Positions 19,701 through 29,103 of a stretch of 55,178 nucleotides of DNA are shown here, piece after piece. Each line of letters begins with the position of its first letter. The first letter of the stretch is position 1. Both the position numbers and the translations under genes were made by a program. Source of the DNA: Deltaproteobacteria bacterium (GTDB lineage: Bacteria; Desulfobacterota; Desulfobaccia; Desulfobaccales; 0-14-0-80-60-11); assembly GCA_016874915.1 (NCBI GenBank), contig VGSW01000003.1, forward strand, positions 1 to 55,178, read 5' to 3'. The notes below the pieces were generated by a model. It searched no databases and was not told where the DNA came from. It saw nothing but the letters and a program-made list of their open reading frames with translations.

Positions 19701-20731
19701 GGAACCACCCCCAGGGCATCGCCACCTTTTACCAGGGCATCAAAATCCTGTCGGAGCGCAACCAGCGGGCCATCGAGCACATGCTGGACCACGGGTTCAA
19801 CATTTACACCATCAACGCCACGGGCTGCGATCAGGTCTCCGAGCTGGTCAACCCCTTCAACACCCGCATCTACCCCTCGGGCCACTACGGCTTCGGCACC
19901 GCCTCCGCCGCGGCCCTGGGCGCCAAGTTCGCCCTGGACCAGGCCGTCCAGAACCGTTACAGCGACGTTCTCACCAAGATCATCGTCTTCGCCGGGGACG
20001 GCGCCATTTACGATATCGGCAACGGCCCCTTCAACTACGCCCTGGGCGAGAACTTCGACATCACCTGGGTGATCTACAACAACGAAGCCTATATGAACAC
20101 CGGGGTGCAGAAGTCCGGGGCCACCCGCTTCGGCTGCGACCGCTCCACTTCGCCCATCGGCAAGAAATACGCGGGGAAAACCACCCTGCACCGCCGGATC
20201 ATCAGTCAGGCCATGGCCATCTCCCACGTATACGCGGCCAAGCTTTCCATCGACAACCCCTTTTACGCCATCCGCATCCTGAAGGAAGCCATCGCCTACA
20301 ACGGCCCCTCCATGGTGGAGTTCTTCTCCCCCTGCCCCCAGGGCCACGTGACCCACGACTGGGCCGGCCCCCTCATTTCCCGCATGTTGGTGGAGGCCCG
20401 CAAGTGGCAGGCGGCGGTGCGGCGGCCCTTCCAACGCATCGACATTACCGGCAACCCCAGCCCCGAACTCATCTACCCCGACAAAGGCAAGTCCTTCAAG
20501 CAGGGCATCAAGCGGGACGCGGCCAGCTTCTACGACGTGGTGAGCATGCTGGGCCAGTACAACCAGCACTTGAAGACCGTGAAAAGCGGCGACATCCCGG
20601 AAATCGTCCGCATCAACGAAACCGTGAGCCTGTTCCGCTGGCTCCGGAACCAGCACCTGGGCGGCTACCGGGACTCCATGCCCTCGGAAGAAGAAGTGGC
20701 CAAGATCGTGGAGGAGCGCTACCGGCTGTAA
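16796..20731 (+). CDS. Single-chain 2-oxoacid (pyruvate-type):ferredoxin oxidoreductase, alpha-gamma-delta-beta fusion
   Basis: GYPITPST, YGLGSKDF, YGAARKG, 2x[4Fe-4S] (CIACGICTASCP, CKGCGVCAQVCP), CPGCGE, TPP motif GDGAIYDIG...NNEAYMNTG, SPCP. Confidence 0.9.
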   Translation: MSMKPAEEIKTLRQQLPAWEKDASDLDALRQQLPYHKLRRVKKGKVLPIDWQTEWERFDARELFNFDLASIPEKMLESMRKRQEVLMDGNQAALSVLTRVVDGLCGYPITPSTPIAEGFARAAANGQKNLFGHELMYFQPSDELSAIAAVEAMAAQGGRYADNTSSQGLLLKTKNLFSVAGKRLPVIMTVMAREVNKGSLSIHCGHTDFYGVRSAGWAQLMAADNQELHDLLAIAFKVAELRQVMLPVMAIGDGFIKSHAIENIRELSNDFLEYFVGLPNRFYQPDFEHGVLTGTFTDMDLTMEGQVAQDTAYRFFKRGFVAAMYVMNKVLGTNLKVVECYRTEDADMVIVIMGSAAGVVKDVVDYYRDVKGYRIGVVRPVLFNPPCYEELAFGMRNAKVISVLERSARAHNQLLMYDVQAALQISFRAMREGKKEHRLYGREIMPTLLHGVYGLGSKDFNKYDAAAVVENMVACLEGKRGFLRDSYSGIEGPLSLQPAALPGYLERELSMTFIGVGAEGVKTALESAALVYAEDTGPSHIYVQTGARYGAARKGAPVFMNLRLSSQPIRNSSELTERDVLAFFNEKFMKGQILKEYVGGLKKHGLLVINTDRSPEEVVAEFPEQIQSLIKYRQIKVQTLDGTRAALQHLNRNLPGAPIIGLINKEMGILTEKQFEQKFKKTLEKILGTKKKEMLESNIALLRFGAERASGSPAERAKAALILERGGPTYVRHQPENFGQGRRAAGLRVHLSDKDELGTIKPVPLFEDYQETFRQEMVQPILEGQKVSWDRFLPVVPAATSRYRDMSHVATSLPVYDPEKCIACGICTASCPDSALHSTITYRPISATAERYFKVFKKPPKGVPWNRFALNLCADPSACKGCGVCAQVCPTDALRMVSKDELRPEDFLPQAYRDWDHTTELAPFVDQLALNHQVLFVFSKLYPGKHTLCPGCGEGVINLLTFFAAESLRNHPQGIATFYQGIKILSERNQRAIEHMLDHGFNIYTINATGCDQVSELVNPFNTRIYPSGHYGFGTASAAALGAKFALDQAVQNRYSDVLTKIIVFAGDGAIYDIGNGPFNYALGENFDITWVIYNNEAYMNTGVQKSGATRFGCDRSTSPIGKKYAGKTTLHRRIISQAMAISHVYAAKLSIDNPFYAIRILKEAIAYNGPSMVEFFSPCPQGHVTHDWAGPLISRMLVEARKWQAAVRRPFQRIDITGNPSPELIYPDKGKSFKQGIKRDAASFYDVVSMLGQYNQHLKTVKSGDIPEIVRINETVSLFRWLRNQHLGGYRDSMPSEEEVAKIVEERYRL

Positions 20732-20736
20732 AAAGA

Positions 20737-20889
20737 CAGTTTTCGGTTTTCGGTCTTCGGTTTTCGGTTAATGCAAGGGCGCACCGCGCACTAATACTTG
20801 ATTCCCTTTCAAATGCACCAAATACAATTTGTAACTTATTGGTATTTCAGGTTTTCCTAACCGAAAACCGGAAACCGAAAACCGAAAAC
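20737..20889. repeat. Inverted pair of CGGTTTT heptamer arrays (20737-20769 and 20859-20889)
   Basis: cagtttt-cggtttt-cggtctt-cggtttt-cggtt ... aaccgaa-aaccgga-aaccgaa-aaccgaa-aac. Confidence 0.85.
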
Positions 20890-20919
20890 GGTATAAGTAG
20901 GCACACGGATCACCAAAAT

Positions 20920-20957
20920 TGGGGAGGCGGGCATTGCCCGCCTCCCCAGATTTTTTT
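20920..20957 (+). terminator. Intrinsic terminator, probably bidirectional
   Basis: TGGGGAGGCGGGCA-T-TGCCCGCCTCCCCA followed by GATTTTTTT. Confidence 0.75.
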
Positions 20958-21079
20958 ACATAACAGCATATATGCGGATTATTAAAACATATTAAGATAC
21001 TTATACCCCTATCAAATTCTTGATATATAGCAGTGAGCAACATTCTCTCAGAAGGCGCTCTGAGTACACTTGCCGAAAC

Positions 21080-22369
21080 TTACTCCCCATCTTTTGGCAG
21101 AGCAAAATAAAAGGTCGCCCCTTCACCGGCTTTTCCTTCAGCCCAGACGCGGCCGCCGTGGCGCTCGATAATGCGCTTGACTATGGCCAGGCCGACGCCG
21201 GTGCCTTCGTATTCCTGGCCCCCGTGCAGGCGTTGAAAGACGCCGTACAGCTGGTGGGCATAACGCTCATCAAAGCCGATGCCGTTGTCCATGACGTAGT
21301 AGATGGTTTCGTTTTCCCCATCCTTACCGCCTACTTCAATGACCGCGGTTTTTCTCGGCTTGGTGTATTTGATGGCGTTGGCCAGTAAATTAAGGATAAC
21401 CTGGTAAAGCAAGGCGTTATCGCCCAAACCCGGGGGCAGGTCACCCAACGTTAACTGCAAGTCCCTTTCCGGCGCCTGAGACCGGAGTTCCTCGAAAACC
21501 TGCTTGGTCATGGCGGTCAGATTGACGACGGATTTCATTATCTGCAGCCGCCCCAGGCGGGAAAGGGCGAGCAGGTCGTCGATGAGATGATGCATAATTT
21601 TGGTATTGTCGCAGATGACTTTGAGCAGCCTGAGACCTTCGGCATCGAGTTTGTCAGTGTGGTCGTCGATCAATATCCTGGAGAACCCTTCGATGGCCCG
21701 GACCGGGGCCTTGAGGTCGTGGGAGACGGAGTAAGAAAAGGACTCCATCTCCCGGTTGGCGGCCTCCAATTCGGCGGTGCGCTCTCTCACCCGTTGCTCC
21801 AGTTCTTCATTGAGCTTACGGATTTTCGCCTCGGCCTGGCGGAGATCGGTGATATCTACGATGGTGAGCAAAATAAGCTCAGTTGCCTCATCCCGACTGA
21901 TGGGACAGGCGTTGAGCAACATGGCCCGCAACCCGATGCCGGGGAAGTCCTGTTCCACCAGGAAATTATGGAATGAGGCACCCTGGGAGGCGACCTCGCC
22001 CAGCCTTTTCCTGAGTTCCGGAATTTCCCATTGGCCGTTTCCCAGCTCGTAGAGGAGCCTGCCCTCGGTTTCTTGGGGGGAAACCTGAAATGTCTCGTAG
22101 AAAAAAGGGTTGGCCATCTTGACTTTGAGGTCCCGGTCCAGCAATACTATGGACTCCCTCATGGCCTCTACGACGGTTTGGGCGTAATGCCGGGAGTTTT
22201 CAAGATGTATCAGGCTTCTCTTTAGTTCATCAATATCCACCAGGGCAATCACTGCCCCCTCAATTTTGTTCTCTAAGGTCTGATAAGGCCGGATCTGCAG
22301 GGAATACCAATGGCCCTCCCGGTCCTGATCTATTTCATCTTTCGGTATCGCTGATTGATAGATGAGCAA
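21080..22369 (-). pseudogene. 5'-truncated PAS-PAS-HisKA-HATPase kinase (C-terminal part of a CheB/CheR-type fusion)
   Basis: Begins mid-PAS (DREGHWYSLQIRPY..IEGAVIALVDI); intact FSYSVSHDLKAP, NLLANAIKY, DNGIGF, GTGVGL; no RBS. Confidence 0.7.
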
Positions 22370-22898
22370 TAAACTTGACCTATACTTGTCAGCAACACAA
22401 AGCTCCTATGCCCATAGTGATGCGTTGATTAACGTCATTATCGGGCCGGCAGGGGAAGGCAAGACTTATGCCTCGGTAGGGGCGATGATTATTAGCGCGC
22501 AGCGTAACAAGAGGCCGGTGCTTTGGGCTATTATTCGCGATACCCATACTAACATAAAGAGATCCACGGTCCGTTCCATTAATAAAATCTTCAGAAAGAC
22601 CTCTTCCCTGGTTTCCTGGCGGGACGATTACCGGCAACTCACCATTCATTGCAACCCCAAGGTGGAGGTCGATCTTTTCGGGATAGACGATCCCGGGACG
22701 CTGAACCGGCTGCAAGGGACGGAGTACGACGGCATCTGGCTGGAGGAACCCGCGGCGATGCTGGAGCGGGCCAACAGCGGCCTTTCGGAAGAGGTGTTCA
22801 ACGACGCCCTGCTACGCTGCGTCCGGGCCCAGGCGGAACATTCCCGGCTCTCGGGTTGTGCCATTGCACTTTCGGGTGAGATGCTTAGTTTTTGGTAA
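22362..22898 (+). pseudogene. Phage terminase large subunit, N-terminal ATPase fragment
   Basis: Walker A IIGPAGEGKT, WAIIRDT..NIKRST, FGIDD...[13 protein letters not shown] (Walker B); ends before the nuclease domain. Confidence 0.7.
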
Positions 22899-22914
22899 AA
22901 CTCCCCAAGGTTCG

Positions 22915-25500
22915 ATGATGAAATCTCGCGATTCGGACAGAGTTCAAGATCCGGTGTGCGGCATGCAGGTCAAACCTGACAGCCCCCATCGCACCGTCTT
23001 CCAAGGCCGTGCGTATGCCTTCTGCAGCCCCCATTGCCTTGACCGGTTCCAGAAGGAGCCGGAACGCTACCTTGGCGTGGGAGGCTCCGAGGAACCTGAA
23101 GTTGCGGCCCCGAAAGAGCAGCCGGAGACCCCCACAGAGTACCTGACCTGCCCCCTGCACTCCGAAGTAATGGAGCCGGCGCCCACCTGTCCCAAATGCG
23201 GGATGTTTTTGGAGAGGCCGACAGAGCCACAGTTGGAGGAGAAAAAGCCCGCTAAAGCGCCTGAGGTCCCAGGCGCTTATTACACCTGCCCCATGGACCC
23301 CGAAATTCGGGAGTCTCAGCCCGGTTCCTGCCCCAAGTGCGGCATGGCTTTGGAGACGGCCGCCCCGCCCGCTCCCTTGACGCGCACCGAATGGACCTGC
23401 CCCATGCACCCGGAAATCGTCAGCGATGCGCCGGGGAACTGTCCCAAGTGCGGCATGGCGCTGGAGCCTCGCACCGTGGCCTTGGAAGAGGAAGAGAACC
23501 CGGAGCTTCGAGACATGCGGCGGCGGTTCTGGGTGGCCCTGGCTCTCACCCTCCCCGTGGTCATTATCGCCATGGGCCACCTTATCCCCGGCCATCCCCT
23601 GGAGAAACTGGCCTCCCTTGAGGCATTGGGGTGGCTGGAGCTGGCCCTGGCGACACCGGCGGTATTGTGGGGCGGCTGGCCCTTCTTCGTTCGGGGCGTC
23701 CAATCGGTGATCAATCGTAGCCTGAACATGTTCACCCTCATCGGGCTGGGGGTGGCGGTGGCTTATGTCTATAGCGTCATCGCCCAGGCCTTTCCCGGCA
23801 TCTTCCCTGCCTCCTTTCGCGGGCCGGAAGGGAGAGTGGGGGTATATTTCGAGGCCGCGGCGGTCATCGTCACCCTGGTGCTCCTGGGCCAGGTGCTGGA
23901 GTTGAAGGCCCGGGGGCAGACCAGCGCCGCCATCAAAGCCCTGTTAGGGCTCGCCCCCAAGACTGCCTGCCGACTCCGGGAAGATGGGACCGAGGAAGAC
24001 ACACCCTTAGAACAGGTCCAGGTGGGTGACCGCCTCAGGGTGCGGCCCGGCGAAAAGGTGCCGGTGGACGGCATAGTCCTGGAAGGCAAGAGCGCGGTGG
24101 ACGAATCCATGGTCACCGGGGAGCCTATCCCGGTGGAGAAGGAGCCGGGCAGCCGGGTGATCGGGGCCACGGTGAACGGCACCGGGTCCCTGGTGATGCG
24201 GGCCGAGCGGGTGGGGGCGGAAACGCTCCTGGCCCAGATCGTCCGGATGGTGGCCGAGGCCCAACGTAGCCGGGCCCCCATCCAGAAACTGGCCGATGTG
24301 GTGGCGGCCTACTTCGTCCCCGCCGTGGTAGTGATCGCAGTTCTCACCTTCATTATCTGGACCCTGGTGGGGCCGGAGCCGCGGCTGGCCCACGCCCTGA
24401 TCAATGCCGTGGCCGTGCTCATCATCGCCTGCCCCTGCGCCCTGGGGCTGGCCACCCCCATGTCCATCATGGTGGCCACCGGCAAGGGCGCCACTGTGGG
24501 CGTCCTGTTCAAAAACGCCGAGGCCATCGAGGTCATGCGCCGGGTGGACACCCTGGTGGTGGATAAAACCGGCACCCTTACCGAGGGCAAACCCAAGCTG
24601 GTGACGGTCAGATCGGCCAACGGCCTGGATGAAGCGACCTTGCTCCGCCTGGCGGCCAGCCTGGAGCGGGGGAGCGAACATCCCTTGGCTGGGGCCATCG
24701 TCAAGGGAGCCCAGGAACGGGGCACTGATCTGGTCGAGGCGAAATCCTTCGAATACCTCACCGGCAAAGGGGTTACGGGGCAGGTGGACGGACGCCGGGT
24801 GGCTTTAGGAAATCGCCGCTTGCTGGAAGAGTTGGGAATCGATGCCGGGAAGTTATCCGCCCAGGCGGACGCCCTGCGGAAAGAGGGCCAGACCGTGATG
24901 CTGGTGGCCGTGGAAGGCCGGGCCGTCGGTTTGGTAGGGGTGGCGGACCCCATCAAGGAGACCACCCCGGCGGCCATTCAGCGGCTCCACGAAGAGGGCC
25001 TCCGCATCGTCATGCTCACCGGGGACAACCGCACCACCGCGGAGGCCGTGGCCCACAGACTGGACCTGGATGAAGTGATCCCGGAAGTCCTCCCGGACCA
25101 GAAGGCCGAAAAAGTCAAGGAATTGCAGAGAGAAGGCCGCTTCGTGGCCATGGCCGGCGACGGCATCAACGACGCCCCGGCCCTGGCCCAAGCCCAGGTG
25201 GGCGTCGCCATGGGCACCGGCACGGACGTGGCCATGGAGAGCGCCGGGGTGACCCTGGTCAAGGGTGATCTCCGGGGCATCGTCCGGGCCCGGCGGCTGA
25301 GCCGCGCCACCATGCGGAACATCAAGCAAAACCTGTTTTTTGCTTTTATCTATAACGCTCTGGGTATTCCCATTGCGGCAGGCATCCTCTACCCCCATTT
25401 CGGCATTTTGCTGAGTCCCATCATCGCGGCCGCGGCTATGAGCTTCAGTTCCATATCGGTGGTGGGCAACGCGCTCCGGCTGCGGAGATTATCCCTGTAA
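22915..25500 (+). CDS. copA: Cu+/Ag+-exporting P1B-1 ATPase with YHS and three heavy-metal-binding domains
   Basis: DPVCGM...FCS..C (YHS), three TCP(M/L)(H/D)..E...CPKCGM units, [29 protein letters not shown]. Confidence 0.93.
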   Translation: MMKSRDSDRVQDPVCGMQVKPDSPHRTVFQGRAYAFCSPHCLDRFQKEPERYLGVGGSEEPEVAAPKEQPETPTEYLTCPLHSEVMEPAPTCPKCGMFLERPTEPQLEEKKPAKAPEVPGAYYTCPMDPEIRESQPGSCPKCGMALETAAPPAPLTRTEWTCPMHPEIVSDAPGNCPKCGMALEPRTVALEEEENPELRDMRRRFWVALALTLPVVIIAMGHLIPGHPLEKLASLEALGWLELALATPAVLWGGWPFFVRGVQSVINRSLNMFTLIGLGVAVAYVYSVIAQAFPGIFPASFRGPEGRVGVYFEAAAVIVTLVLLGQVLELKARGQTSAAIKALLGLAPKTACRLREDGTEEDTPLEQVQVGDRLRVRPGEKVPVDGIVLEGKSAVDESMVTGEPIPVEKEPGSRVIGATVNGTGSLVMRAERVGAETLLAQIVRMVAEAQRSRAPIQKLADVVAAYFVPAVVVIAVLTFIIWTLVGPEPRLAHALINAVAVLIIACPCALGLATPMSIMVATGKGATVGVLFKNAEAIEVMRRVDTLVVDKTGTLTEGKPKLVTVRSANGLDEATLLRLAASLERGSEHPLAGAIVKGAQERGTDLVEAKSFEYLTGKGVTGQVDGRRVALGNRRLLEELGIDAGKLSAQADALRKEGQTVMLVAVEGRAVGLVGVADPIKETTPAAIQRLHEEGLRIVMLTGDNRTTAEAVAHRLDLDEVIPEVLPDQKAEKVKELQREGRFVAMAGDGINDAPALAQAQVGVAMGTGTDVAMESAGVTLVKGDLRGIVRARRLSRATMRNIKQNLFFAFIYNALGIPIAAGILYPHFGILLSPIIAAAAMSFSSISVVGNALRLRRLSL

Positions 25501-25594
25501 ACCGGCAACGCGGTTGGTTCTTGCGGCAGAACTTGCATGATGCAAGTTTGTCCTTGATTTCACTTGGGAAAAAACACGGACTCCATCGGATTAT

Positions 25595-26026
25595 ATGAAA
25601 TACATCGCCATAATCAGGATAATGTTCCTCCCCGGGTTTCTGTTGAATTTTGTTTGGGAGAGTCTGCAATCGAGTTTATATAATTACCATTTCAATGAGT
25701 TGATTGAATTTATTGTAGTACATGTAAGAGCTTCCTTAGGTGATGTCGTTATTATACTGATAATATATTTTTTAGGCAGTTTTATTTATAGAGATTCAAG
25801 CTGGTTCATTTATCTGAATAAATCAAAAATATTTTATACCATCATATCAGGATTTCTTATCGGCCTAGCGATTGAGAAATTCTGTCTTCAAAGCGGCAGA
25901 TGGTCTTATAGTCAGGCGATGCCGATAATTCCTCTCATAAAAGTAGGATTGAGTCCGATTTTACAGATGACAACACTGCCGTTGGTAACTTTGACAATAG
26001 CTAAACGATTATTGAAATCTCGTTAA
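25595..26026 (+). CDS. Hypothetical membrane protein (AT-rich)
   Basis: About four TM segments; LNFVWE...GD...E...W.Y...MP...VGLSPILQ pattern. Confidence 0.7.
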   Translation: MKYIAIIRIMFLPGFLLNFVWESLQSSLYNYHFNELIEFIVVHVRASLGDVVIILIIYFLGSFIYRDSSWFIYLNKSKIFYTIISGFLIGLAIEKFCLQSGRWSYSQAMPIIPLIKVGLSPILQMTTLPLVTLTIAKRLLKSR

Positions 26027-26071
26027 GTGGGTAATGAGTTGCGAATAAGCTTTTGATACGGGAGAAGCCAA

Positions 26072-26647
26072 ATGGTATGGCCGGCAAAATTCCTGGCAGG
26101 TGGAGGTCTTATTCTACTTATTCTCTCCTTCCCTATGCCGATACAAGCGGCCATCGTCGAATATGAACTCACCATCGCCCTACAGGAGGTCAACATCACG
26201 GGCAAGCCGACTTGGGGCATGACTATCAATGGAGGTATTCCAGGTCCGACCTTGCGCTTTAAAGAAGGCGATACCGCCCGTATCCGCGTTCATAACCGCA
26301 TGAAGGAGGACACCTCCATTCACTGGCATGGGGTACTCGTTCCGCCAAATATGGATGGCGTTCCTTACGTGAGCTTTCCCCCCATTGAGCCGGGCGCCAC
26401 CTTTACCTATGAATTTCCCATCCGCCAAACCGGAACTTACTGGTATCACTCCCACACCAGGCTGCAGGAGCAACGCGGCCATAAAGGGGACATCGTCATC
26501 GAGCCCGTGGGAAGTACACGCCGGCGTGACTTACCTGATATCGAAAAATACTTCACTAATCGGGCAATGGCACTCCGATTATGGATGGGGTGGCGGGCTG
26601 CGAATCCGGTTTTGATCCAGATAATTCCTAACCCTCACAAACCCTGA
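26072..26647 (+). pseudogene. Truncated multicopper oxidase (cupredoxin domain 1 only)
   Basis: Signal peptide, INGGIPGPTL, SIHWHG, DGVP, GTYWYHSH; homology stops near IVIEP and the C-terminal copper ligands are absent. Confidence 0.8.
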
Positions 26648-26722
26648 TTTCTTGCTGATAAAACATATGTATCTGAAAAAAATGGGACTTCGGCTTTTGC
26701 GACGCTGGGAGGCACAACAATC

Positions 26723-27787
26723 ATGATTATTGACCCTATTTGTAAAATAGAAGTCAAAGAAGATGAAGCCCTAAAAGCCGAATGTGACGGCTTGATTTAC
26801 TATTTTTGCTCGGAAGGTTGCCGGGATAAATTCCTCAAAGAGCGAACCTTCGCCCGCACCGCCTACGACCTGATCATCATCGGCGGCGGGCCCGCGGGCC
26901 TGACCGCGGCGGTCTATGCCGCCACCTTGAAGATGGAGGCCCTGCTGGTGGCCAAGGACCTGGGCGGGCAGGCGGTGGACAGCACCAAGATCGAAAATTA
27001 CCTGGGCTTCGATTTCATCACCGGTCCGGAGCTCATCGACAAATTCAAGCACCACCTCTTTGATTCCCACTATATTGACCACCTGATGAGCGAAGTGGAA
27101 AAGATTGAACCCGATGACGGCGGGTTTAAGGTCACCACTTCGGAGTTAACCACCTACACCGCCAAGACCCTCATCATCGCCACCGGCATGACCCGGAGGC
27201 GGCTTGGAGTTCCCGGAGAAGAGAAGTTCCTGAGGAAAGGCATCTTTTACGGCAACGTCCAGGAGCTTTCCTTCGTAGAGGGGGAAGACGCGGCGGTCAT
27301 CGGCGGGGGCAACTCGGCCCTCCAGGTCGTGGAGAACCTGCACACGGTGGCCCGGAATATCCACCTTATTTCCACCTCGGAACTGACCGCGGACCCGGCG
27401 GTGGTGGAACGGGTCGGTTGTCTTGCAAATTTGCATACTTATCTTGGCTATAAGGTTCTCGAATTCACCGGCGACCGGACCCTGGGCGGAGTCACCATCA
27501 GGAAAAAGGCCGGGGCCGAAACCCTGAGCCTGCCGGTAAAGGGCGCGTTCATCGCCGTGGGCCTGGAACCCAACTCCTCCCTGGCGGCCCCGCTGGTGCA
27601 ACTCAATGAGCGGCGGGAGATCATGATCCACCCAGACTGCTCCACTTTTCACCCGGGGATTTTCGCCGCGGGAGACGTGACCGATGCCTTCGGCAAGAGG
27701 ATCATCATCGCCTCGGGGGAAGGGGCCAAGGCCGCTCTGGCGGCCAGGCAATATCTGTTGAACCTGCGGAAAGCGGTGTGCGCTTAG
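26723..27787 (+). CDS. YHS domain plus thioredoxin-reductase-fold flavoprotein lacking the CxxC
   Basis: DPIC...YYFCSEGC, GGGPAGLTAA, IENYLG, IIATG, GGGNSA, FAAGDV; GIFYGNVQE stands in place of GVSYCxxCD. Confidence 0.85.
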   Translation: MIIDPICKIEVKEDEALKAECDGLIYYFCSEGCRDKFLKERTFARTAYDLIIIGGGPAGLTAAVYAATLKMEALLVAKDLGGQAVDSTKIENYLGFDFITGPELIDKFKHHLFDSHYIDHLMSEVEKIEPDDGGFKVTTSELTTYTAKTLIIATGMTRRRLGVPGEEKFLRKGIFYGNVQELSFVEGEDAAVIGGGNSALQVVENLHTVARNIHLISTSELTADPAVVERVGCLANLHTYLGYKVLEFTGDRTLGGVTIRKKAGAETLSLPVKGAFIAVGLEPNSSLAAPLVQLNERREIMIHPDCSTFHPGIFAAGDVTDAFGKRIIIASGEGAKAALAARQYLLNLRKAVCA

Positions 27788-27826
27788 CCCTATCAGTTTT
27801 CCATGTATAGTCTCTTGGGAAAAATT

Positions 27827-27994
27827 ATGAAATATCAGCGGTTCATCGGCCTGGCACTACTTATCATCATCTGCTTAATGGGTTGCGCCGCGCCGGGTCC
27901 GTGCCTGACCAGAGGCGGGCGAGGCCAGGGGTTTCGCTGTCAGGAAGCTCCACCGAAACTGCCGCCTATGGCGACTCCCAAGCTTTATCAATAA
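27827..27994 (+). CDS. Small putative lipoprotein
   Basis: MKYQRFIGLALLIIICLMGC lipobox-like signal. Confidence 0.4.
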   Translation: MKYQRFIGLALLIIICLMGCAAPGPCLTRGGRGQGFRCQEAPPKLPPMATPKLYQ

Positions 27995-28150
27995 TCCTTA
28001 AGAACACCCCGTAATAAATATTGAGACGCCTGGCGGGAAAGCCCTTGATTTCGGGGGGGGGGATACTATTTTGTCAATATATATCGCTGCATAAGGGAAG
28101 GGACAAGTTACTCCCTGCCTCTCAAATGCCATGAACGGAGGTTTTGGACT

Positions 28151-28573
28151 ATGAAACAAAGGTTAATGATTGCGATTCTGGCAGGGGCCTTGAGTCTGGG
28201 TTACGGATCAGTGGCGGCCCAGGAGCACCCCGGCGGGATGCGCGGGGGCGGCGCCGGCCAGCAGATGATGGGTCAGGGCCAACAAGAGCATCCCTCCGGA
28301 CAACACATGATGGGTCCTGGGATGATGCACAACATGGGCACGATGTCCGACATGATGCGGGACATGCACCAGATGATGGGCTCGCAGCGGATGACCCCGG
28401 AGCAGCACCAGCAGATGATGCAGATGATGAACCGGATGGGGCAGATGATGCAAGAAATGCAGGGTCCCCAGGCGGCCCAAATGGAGCCCCAGCATACCCG
28501 GCAATTGCAAGAGATGCAGCGGCAGCTTAAGAATCTGAAGGGCCAAGCGCAGAAGCAGGAGCACAAGCATTAA
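28151..28573 (+). CDS. Exported Met/His/Gln-rich helical protein (putative Cu/Ag binder)
   Basis: GGAGG RBS, signal peptide, very Met-rich, ends EHKH; paralog at 42641. Confidence 0.8.
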   Translation: MKQRLMIAILAGALSLGYGSVAAQEHPGGMRGGGAGQQMMGQGQQEHPSGQHMMGPGMMHNMGTMSDMMRDMHQMMGSQRMTPEQHQQMMQMMNRMGQMMQEMQGPQAAQMEPQHTRQLQEMQRQLKNLKGQAQKQEHKH

Positions 28574-28600
28574 CCTGGGATAGCCCGGAAGGAGGTCCCT

Positions 28601-28759
28601 ATGTGGAGAAGAATCGTGTTCTTTCTGTGGATCGTCCTGTTAAGCGCCCAGGCAATCACTTCCTGTGCCGAAAGGCCGAGGCCGGGACCACGGGATTTGA
28701 TGGAAGAACGATACCAGGAACAAGAACTTCGAAGAGTAATCCTACAGCAAAGTGGATAA
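28601..28759 (+). CDS. 52-aa lipoprotein (not in the ORF track)
   Basis: AGGAGG RBS; MWRRIVFFLWIVLLSAQAITSCAERPRPGPRDLMEERYQEQELRRVILQQSG; degenerate copy at 33730. Confidence 0.65.
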   Translation: MWRRIVFFLWIVLLSAQAITSCAERPRPGPRDLMEERYQEQELRRVILQQSG

Positions 28760-29103
28760 ACGGCTCGCAGCCTTCCCCCGACCAGGCGTTCTTCGTCTGC
28801 GGGATGACCAAAAGTTACGGTTTTGCCAGGGGCCAATGAAAAGAACTTGAGATTTCGCTGTCTTGGTTCGGGGGGCGAGATTCATGAAAGAGGATGAACC
28901 GGGTTAGCCGGAAAATAGAGAACATCATGCGTCGGGGAGCGATCCTTCTAATTTTTCTGATGGCGAAGCGTCTTCTCACGGACGGGGCTCTCCCAGACAA
29001 CCGGCGGTTCGAATACGCCGGAGGCGGCGGCTCTCAAGATGGGCATCGGCCTCCATGAGAACAGCCGAACACAATAAATGAACGATCCAGGAGGAAATTA
29101 CCC

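Noticed and set aside
18071-20656. 861-aa minus-strand ORF and similar long antisense or alternate-frame ORFs (e.g. 7392-8885, 37922-39340, 19537-20985)
   Set aside because: Shadows of GC-rich genes; no motifs or RBS.
16796-20731. Oxalate oxidoreductase assignment
   Set aside because: Has YPITP, not the YPIRP substitution of oxalate oxidoreductase.
20737-20889. Short repeat arrays as CRISPR
   Set aside because: 7-bp tandem units without spacers; no cas genes.
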